Part shown: positions 61,662 through 64,000 of the stretch, in pieces | How positions within the stretch are numbered: position 1 is the first letter of the stretch | How the letters are laid out: each line of letters begins with the position of its first letter | Assembly: GCA_964631145.1 (NCBI GenBank) | Contig: CAZVXT010000001.1 | Location: forward strand, 553,797-617,796 | Direction of reading: 5' to 3' | DNA length: 64,000 bases | Origin: an uncultured Candidatus Saccharibacteria bacterium | GTDB lineage: Bacteria; Patescibacteriota; Doudnabacteria; UBA920 | Position numbers and translations under genes: made by a program | The notes under the pieces: model-generated | Seen by the model: the letters and a program-made list of their open reading frames with translations, nothing else | What the model was told of the DNA's origin: nothing | The model's database searches: none

Positions 61662-61746
61662 AAATCCTCCTCGATATAATCCCAATTTTTAAAAGACTAA
61701 ACAGTTAATCTTCTAAAAAAGAGGTGCAATATTAATTGCACAGGTG

Positions 61747-61878
61747 TTATAACACACGAATAAATCGTGCACACTCAGCGGCAATTGCCGGACCATAAGT
61801 GTTATATAAATGAGCAAAGCTCAATGAACCTACTACAATAAGCATGGCTCCCAATAATACTTCTACAATAAATTTCAT
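61747..61878 (-). CDS. 43-aa single-TM peptide (not in ORF track)
   Basis: GGAGG SD; MKFIVEVLLGAMLIVVGSLSFAHLYNTYGPAIAAECARFIRVL*. Confidence 0.6.
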   Translation of the reverse strand: MKFIVEVLLGAMLIVVGSLSFAHLYNTYGPAIAAECARFIRVL

Positions 61879-61905
61879 AATTTCCTCCAGATTTTTTATT
61901 TAAAA

Positions 61906-61948
61906 TTTTATTTTTCCAAACAAACGAATATTCACTTGCTTAGAAAAA
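61906..61948 (-). repeat. hairpin repeat, copy 2
   Basis: 35-bp identity with 60548-60582. Confidence 0.9.
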
Positions 61949-61955
61949 TGGCAAA

Positions 61956-62138
61956 TCAAGTTTGCCGAGGTTTTTTGTCCCATTTACAATAGCGTGGAAC
62001 AAGTCTTTGGATAGTTCGACCATGCGCGCGGTAGCGAACAGTCCTAGTATCACATTTCGGACAACCGCAGTGTTCGTCTTCCAACTTGGCTGCGGCAACT
62101 TTAGGTGCGACATAAATGGTTATTTTTATGTTCATCAT
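61956..62138 (-). CDS. small basic Cys-containing protein
   Basis: HCGCPKC; no clear SD. Confidence 0.45.
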   Translation of the reverse strand: MMNIKITIYVAPKVAAAKLEDEHCGCPKCDTRTVRYRAHGRTIQRLVPRYCKWDKKPRQT

Positions 62139-62232
62139 TTAAAGTATATTGCGGTCTCGCCTTGGTTTATAAACTATCGGCTAAATAATTTTTCTTTCCC
62201 CAAGATCCCCGCACTGTTTTTTTGAAACTTGC

Positions 62233-62478
62233 TTAGGCAGCAGCAACGGTTACTTTCTTCGCAGGTTTTCGTTTGAACTCTTGTCGCTTTTTATGAAGCT
62301 TCATAAGAGAATCATAACGATCACCCGCTCGATACCGCCGCGCGTCGGCATGGCTAACGATATTAGCTGCAGTTGCCGCGTTTAATTGAGCATCGATGCC
62401 AGCAAACTTCAATTTTGGTCTATGTTGAACCATATAAGCTAATTCAACTTCAACCAATTTTTCGATTTTGGTTATCAT
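62233..62478 (-). CDS. small basic protein
   Basis: AGGAGG SD; ends ...VTVAAA*. Confidence 0.65.
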   Translation of the reverse strand: MITKIEKLVEVELAYMVQHRPKLKFAGIDAQLNAATAANIVSHADARRYRAGDRYDSLMKLHKKRQEFKRKPAKKVTVAAA

Positions 62479-62611
62479 TATCTTTTCCTCCTATATAACC
62501 CACCAGCCACGGTGGTTTTATTTATTTTTATTTTCTTTTTCGAGATGACGAATTTACACTCATCCCCTCAAAAAAGGAGCCCAACTTAAAGTTGAGCATA
62601 AGTATGTGTTA

Positions 62612-62875
62612 GATGCTTTCCACAGCACCCTGCTGTAATTGGAGTTACAGCTTTCGCTTCCACTGCAGAGGAACCGCATTTTGTCTGACCTTCTCAGAAG
62701 ATGTCTTGCATAGACAATCCCAGCATCAATTTTTATCAAAATGATGACTTACACAAAATAGATTTTGACTAGACCTAGGAGTATATATATAGTTCATTAC
62801 CTTAGGGCAATAAAAGGCATTCTAGTATGCCACCTGACTTCCGAAGAACGAAGTCATTGGTCTAAGATATATACT
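62612..62875 (-). ncRNA. two putative structured RNA domains with pseudoknots
   Basis: Nested complementary stems visible by eye (see findings). Confidence 0.5.
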
Positions 62876-63087
62876 TAATCAGGGTTATTTTGCAAAATTG
62901 CAAAAGTGACACGCAACCCTCCTAAATATTTTTAGCGTTCTATTTTAGATCGCCTATTTTAATTTTCAAATTTTGAAAACTAGAATAGACGGATGATTTA
63001 AGTTTGAAGTTTAAATCACCTCAATAAAATTTGTCTTGCGACATAAATTACCTCCTTTGATAAAAATTTCCTATACGCTAGGATTAC

Positions 63088-63276
63088 TTAGCGCCGGCGC
63101 GACCCAAGCCGGTAATCTGCTGCCCCTCCCATGGGGGTCGATATGGTCTTTATCGACATAGTCTTTTGGGTCTTGGGTAGACCGTTAGGTTTGCAGCCCG
63201 CTTTCGCGAGGAGCTTGTCCCCTAACCGGGCAAGCTCTTGGCGGCTTAAGCCGCTCAAGTCTGTCATATTTTTCAA
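63088..63276 (-). CDS. small basic protein, first ORF of the island
   Basis: GC-rich ORF ending ISTPMGGAADYRLGSRRR; start may be 63267. Confidence 0.55.
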   Translation of the reverse strand: MKNMTDLSGLSRQELARLGDKLLAKAGCKPNGLPKTQKTMSIKTISTPMGGAADYRLGSRRR

Positions 63277-63282
63277 TTTTTT

Positions 63283-63795
63283 CTGTTCAGCTAAGTTTGT
63301 AACTCAACTGAACAGTTTGGGTGCTGAGCTGGTGGCTCATTGTTAACACCGCAGTCTGAAAATTTTCTTGTCACCTATTGTAACGAACTTTTTACAAAGC
63401 TTTGTCCAATAGGATCTCGCCATCACCGTTCTTGCGCGAGACTTTACGGATTTACGGTTGACCCAGATCTTGGGTTGTCAGTTACTCGTTTTCAGACGAA
63501 CCGGCAAAAATAAAGATTACTTTATCCCCGCCGGCCCGTCTGCAAAGTTGTAAGCTGGTGCTTAAACTAGCAAGCTAGTCTAAACATCTCTACAGTCGGG
63601 CGGACATATTAAAAAGCTGTAATCTTTGAATTAGATAACAACCTTTACAAGACCAACTCGCTGTGTGGCAAGTATTTATATGATTATTAGCCCCGTAATA
63701 GAGGCACTCCTGCCTACCAGCGATGTTCCTTTAATTTCTTAATGGAAACTAGCCGTAAAAGATTGTTATTTACTTTTCAAAATTTCAGCTTACAA
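63283..63795 (-). ncRNA. ~500-nt structured leader / candidate large ncRNA
   Basis: No long ORF; long hairpin 63615-63790, hairpin 63493-63542, pseudoknotted domain 63354-63497, hairpin 63283-63315. Confidence 0.55.
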
Positions 63796-63799
63796 AAGT

Positions 63800-63827
63800 A
63801 TTATACACGAATAATTATTTTTGTCAA
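63800..63827 (-). promoter_or_regulatory. sigma70 promoter at the head of the island
   Basis: TTGACA-N16-TATAAT on the minus strand. Confidence 0.75.
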
Positions 63828-64000
63828 GAAGTTTTAACAAAATTTTGTATATTTTTCTTTAAACATTGTTTTTATTAAGTATTTTGTAATAAATTATTGA
63901 TATTTTATATAAACATAATAAGATAAATCATGTAATTATTTGTTTTGGATAAAAATAAAAAAGCATCAATTGCTTTTGTAGAGTAAATCTACTTTGCAGT

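Noticed and set aside
60548-61948. 35-bp repeat as a CRISPR array
   Set aside because: Only two copies ~1.36 kb apart with genes between them, and no cas genes.
59750-62612. Island spacers as integron attC sites (several stops are followed by TAAC)
   Set aside because: No matching GTTRRRY end, the units are two separate hairpins rather than one attC palindrome, and no integron integrase is visible.
62608-62632. GTGCTGTGGAAAGCATCTAA resembling a 23S rRNA segment
   Set aside because: Short partial match only, with no flanking rRNA similarity.

Overview
AT-rich bacterial chromosome segment using genetic code 11. Gene content and reduced RNAs suggest a Patescibacteria/CPR genome (inference). 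The minus strand carries a housekeeping backbone: secA/secD/secF, M1 aminopeptidase, udg, hpf/raiA, a Mur ligase, murG, a glycosyltransferase cluster, uppS, tRNA-Thr/Tyr/Thr/Trp with rpmG, tsf-rpsB, rplU-rplY, galE, lexA and rplJ-rplL with an L10 leader. The plus strand carries rnpB, truB, rpmE and prfA-prmC. Two things stand out. (1) A ~5.5 kb minus-strand island (~58.3-63.8 kb) has one consensus promoter, a ~500-nt structured leader, further pseudoknotted RNA domains, about a dozen small ORFans and repeated hairpin spacers. It also holds a complete-looking but only 156-nt tmRNA-like gene (G3-U70, tag ANLVESA*), an atypical tRNA with an AGT anticodon, and a tandem HicB-like gene with an in-frame TGA. 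(2) About 18 unrelated solo ORFan units sit between housekeeping genes, mostly antisense. Most have TTGAC-N16/17-TAnnnT, GGAGG, an ORF and a terminator, and several are decaying. All calls are from reading the sequence by eye; no searches or folding programs were run.
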